Source: Eledone cirrhosa
Lineage: Eukaryota
Assembly: GCA_964016885.1 (NCBI GenBank)
Contig: OZ024741.1
Coordinates: 326,740,001 to 326,804,000 of the forward strand
DNA length: 64,000 nucleotides
Reading direction: 5' to 3'
A program made the translations under genes and the position numbers. Below the pieces are notes generated by a model. It was not told the origin of the DNA and ran no database searches. It saw only the letters and a list, made by a program, of their open reading frames with translations. Positions 59,706 to 64,000 of this stretch are shown in pieces (the first letter of the stretch is position 1; every line of letters begins with the position of its first letter).

Positions 59706-60450
59706 AGCAAATAGTCCAGAAGTGACAAGAGTAATTAAATAATTTTTGCATTAATAGATATGCAATAGGTATGTACATACTTATTATTAGTCCAGTTGCT
59801 CACTCCAATATCAAAGATCATATGTAGGAAATAAAGTATGGTTTGATAAAATCTTGCATGCAGAGGTAGAATTTCTTGCGGCAAATTTACATTACCGAAG
59901 CGGTGTATTGTAGCGTAACGTAGCCTGTTTAATTTTGGGCCCATGTTAGAGCGTGGTTATTTAAGATTATGTCAATTAATAATAAAAGATCACCGTATCA
60001 TTAGTGGTTTAGGAATATGTTTTACAACCGATCAGGTTCTTAATATGAATTACATATGCAAAATAGTGTTCACATGTGTACATATATACACAGACTCATA
60101 TATGGTCGCGTATATTATTACACTTATAAGTTAAAGATATATGGGGTAATCTGCGTAGGTCTCAAAACGTAATATTATAAGAATATCAGACATATTTAGT
60201 TATTGCCTCATTGTGTTAATGTAATTAAATGTGAGGACGTTCATGTTAGGCTTAAAAGAATAAAACTAATAGATAATTTAGTTGGTATTCAACTGAGGTT
60301 GGAATGTTAGGTTTTTAGTTAACCACACATAAAACTACCAAAGTATGCATTTACATATACACATACATACAAACATACATACAAATACACACGGACAATC
60401 AAATACTCACATACATACACATACACACACACACACACACGCGCAAAAGG

Positions 60451-60531
<81 letters not shown>

Positions 60532-61279
60532 GACAGGGGGGAAGAAAAAATGGCTTCACTTGTGCTTTCAACAAATTTATTTTCTTCACAAAATCCAAAA
60601 AGAATTTTTTTCCGGATTAGAAAAAATTTTTTTCTTAGAAAAAATAATTTTATAAATTAAGTTGTTGGTTGTTGGTTAGGTCTTAGGAGTTCTTGGTTAC
60701 CGTAGAGGTATTGTTTCGTTTTTTGAACGACCTTTCACGCTGAGGTGCGCTTGTCAAACTGATGTGTATGTGGTGTGTTGTTCTATATATAGGGATTTAG
60801 CATGTCTGTGGTGGGATGGTGGTTTCTTTTCTCCCCCTTTAATAAGTGTATGGGTGTAGGTGTGTTGAAAAAGTGTTAATAGCAGTAATGAGTTGAGACG
60901 GTGAGAAATGTAGCAAGTGCGGCCTGCCCCGGTCATTCTCGAAAAATTCCTTTATTCAGGGGAAAAAAGCTTTTAGTATTCCTTTTGTGTTGAGAATGGT
61001 CACAGGCAAATCGCACCTGCTAAGTTTGTAAATAATTATTTTTTTATGAAGAATTTTTCTACGTCCATCCCAAAATTAGTCCTTTTTTCAACACACACAT
61101 ATGTGCGTATATACGTACATACACACACGGACATATGTAGGAATATATAGGCACACACCATCAATCACACACCCATGTACAAATACATCCACATACATAA
61201 ACAAAAACATGTAGAGACACATATAAAAACACACATACAGATACGTACACACACGAATATGTACTCATACCTCCACATG

Positions 61280-61345
<66 letters not shown>

Positions 61346-61468
61346 CATATACATATACACACATATACACATATATACACATACACGCACACATACACAC
61401 ACACACACATATACATATGTCCGTATATATACCTCCTTTCACACATACATGCATACACACACACACAT

Positions 61469-61545
<77 letters not shown>

Positions 61546-61628
61546 TATACATACACACACACACATACACACATACATATATACATATATATATATATGT
61601 GTACACACGAGCCCATAAAGACACATAT

Positions 61629-61726
<98 letters not shown>

Positions 61727-62149
61727 CTACATACATACATACATATACACATACAGAAACATACACATATGTGAACACATATATACATATATGCACATAC
61801 ATATACACACACACATATATATAGGTACATACATATACATACACACACATATAAACATATATATCTATCTATATATATATATATATACACATATATATAT
61901 ACAAACATACACATACATACATATACATATACATACATATACACACATACACACATACACGCATACATATATATATATATATATACACACACATACAAAC
62001 ATACACACATCCATACATATATATACACACACACACACACACACATACACACAGCCACATACATATATACCCACACGCACATACATACATACCTACACAC
62101 ACATATGTGTGTGTCTCACCGTTCACTCAGATATTCATGTGTATACTTA

Positions 62150-63596
62150 AGAAGAGGGGGGTGGGTAGTGAAATGGAATTTTACCTCCGAGTGTTAATTC
62201 ATTTTTTCGTGTTCAGTAGTGGTTTAAATTTTTCAATGAAGAATTCTTCTTTATATCTGCGGAAATGTTCGTTATCCGACCATTTCTTGAAGAAAGGGAA
62301 GATTGTGAATTTTCCCTTCCCGCATGATGCAAAGTGTGCGCTACATGTGGTATTTCTGACTGTGGGGTCTTAAATTTGTTGTTTATGTACCCGGACTCTA
62401 TCATGTAATCCCGTTCCGGTTTCCCCAATGTAATACTCTTTACACTGTGGACATGTTGCGCAATATATTAGGTTTTTCGTTTTGCAGTTCATGTTAGCAT
62501 TGACCTTGAAATTATCATGGTTTTTGAAGGACAACTGTTTGCCCTCTTCGATGAGTTCACAGATTCCACATCTAGGGTCCCCGCATTTCGTCACTTGCAT
62601 TGATTCCATGTTGGTCGTAAATTTTGCCTTGGTAATTAGATTTTTAAGGTTGGGTGCTTGGCGTCTGCTATAAATTATCTGTGTGTTTTTTAAGAGTGCA
62701 TTCATTTTGGTAGATTGCTGTAGAATCGGGAGATACTGCTTAGCAGTTTTCACAATGTTGATGTTCCCTGAGTTGTGAGTGAACAGGGTTTTCTTTTTTA
62801 TGTTGTGGGTTTGGTTTTCTCAGTGTTGTTATTGGGATGTTCTTAGCCTTGGAGATGGCTGCGTTGATGAGTTTCATCGGGTATTCTTGTTTTTTAAGAA
62901 ATTTTTTCAGGTCACATAATCTTTTTTCTTGTAGTACGGGGTGTGTTGCCATAGTGCAGATGCGCCTTGCCATGTTGAAGGGGATGTTCCTTTTCGTATG
63001 TGAGGGGTGTGCTGACCGGAAATTTAAGTATTGGTGTGTGTCAGTGGGTTTGCAAAATAGGTCCGTTATGATATTTTCCCCTTCTTTAATGATGAAGGAT
63101 ATATAGAAAGGGCAGTTCCTTTTCGTTACATTCCATAGTGAATTGTATAGCTTCATGAAGCCTGTTTAGGATCGAATAAAATTTTTGTAGATCTGTTTGG
63201 CTTCTGTTCCAGAAGATGAAGCAGTCATCTAGGTAACGTTTCCAGTTTTTATTAATGTAGAAGGCGAAGTCGTGACTGAATGTTATCTGTAGTTGGGAAT
63301 ATAATTTTGCCTCTAAGTGACCCACAACGAGCGTTGCATATGTAGGGGCCACTTTGGTACCCATGGCTGTTCCTTTTATTTGTAGATAAAGTTCGTTGTC
63401 AAAGAGGAAGTGGTTGTTTTCCAATACTAATTTTAAGTCTTTCGGTTTTGGTGCTTCGATGTATGATGTATTTTTCCCTTTTATGTTGTTTTGGATTTCT
63501 ATGGATTTGGGAATTTTTGGTAATCCATAGAAATTGCTGGTTTTCATTTCGAAGTTGGTTAGGTAATCTACTTCTTTTGGTGTTAGGTTGTTTTGG
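62150..63596 (-). mobile_element. Disrupted Neptune-like PLE (RT + GIY-YIG)
   Basis: FYGLPKI, QIKGTAMGTKVAPTYA, WKRYLDDCFIFW, KPTDTHQYL..HPSHTK, CGDPRCGIC and NLIYCATCPQC..YIGET..RVRVHKQQI. Has an internal deletion and frameshifts. Confidence 0.88.
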
Positions 63597-63627
<31 letters not shown>

Positions 63628-63722
63628 GCCTCTCTCTATATATGTATATATATATATATGTATGTGTGTATCTGTGTGTGTGTATGCATGTATGTGTGAA
63701 CGGAGGTATATATACTGACATA

Positions 63723-63762
<40 letters not shown>

Positions 63763-63846
63763 CGTGCGTGTATGTGTATATATGTATATTTAGTTATGTA
63801 TCTTTATGTGTGTATATGTATGTATGTGTATGTATGTATGTGTATG

Positions 63847-63901
<55 letters not shown>

Positions 63902-63956
63902 ATATATGTGTATATATGTGTATATGTGTGTATATGTATATGTATGTGTATATATG

Positions 63957-63994
<38 letters not shown>

Positions 63995-64000
63995 CATGTG

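Overview
AT-rich eukaryotic repeat region with no recognisable host gene. The (TA)n density, the SINE family and the transposon mix suggest an octopod cephalopod, but this is an inference. Most of the ORF track is translated (TA)n/(CA)n microsatellite. The real content is nested mobile DNA inserted into (TA)n: an RTE LINE, a Dong/R4-type LINE between (TAA)n runs, Helitron and mariner remnants, tRNA-derived SINEs, and many Penelope-like elements (PLEs; Hydra-like, Neptune-like and Poseidon/Nematis-like RT + GIY-YIG). The main finding is a dense population of type I hammerhead ribozymes (HHRs): about 28 intact or decayed motifs in 64 kb, all folded by eye. They occur in PLE pseudo-LTRs, in small palindromic PLE-end elements, and once per monomer in six unrelated non-coding ~490-620 bp tandem or terminally redundant repeats. 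These repeats look like large retrozymes, i.e. genomic copies of circular RNAs mobilised by PLEs. Several ribozymes carry a compensatory U3-A8 core (TTGANAA) and long helix II/III insertions that standard CUGANGA searches would miss.
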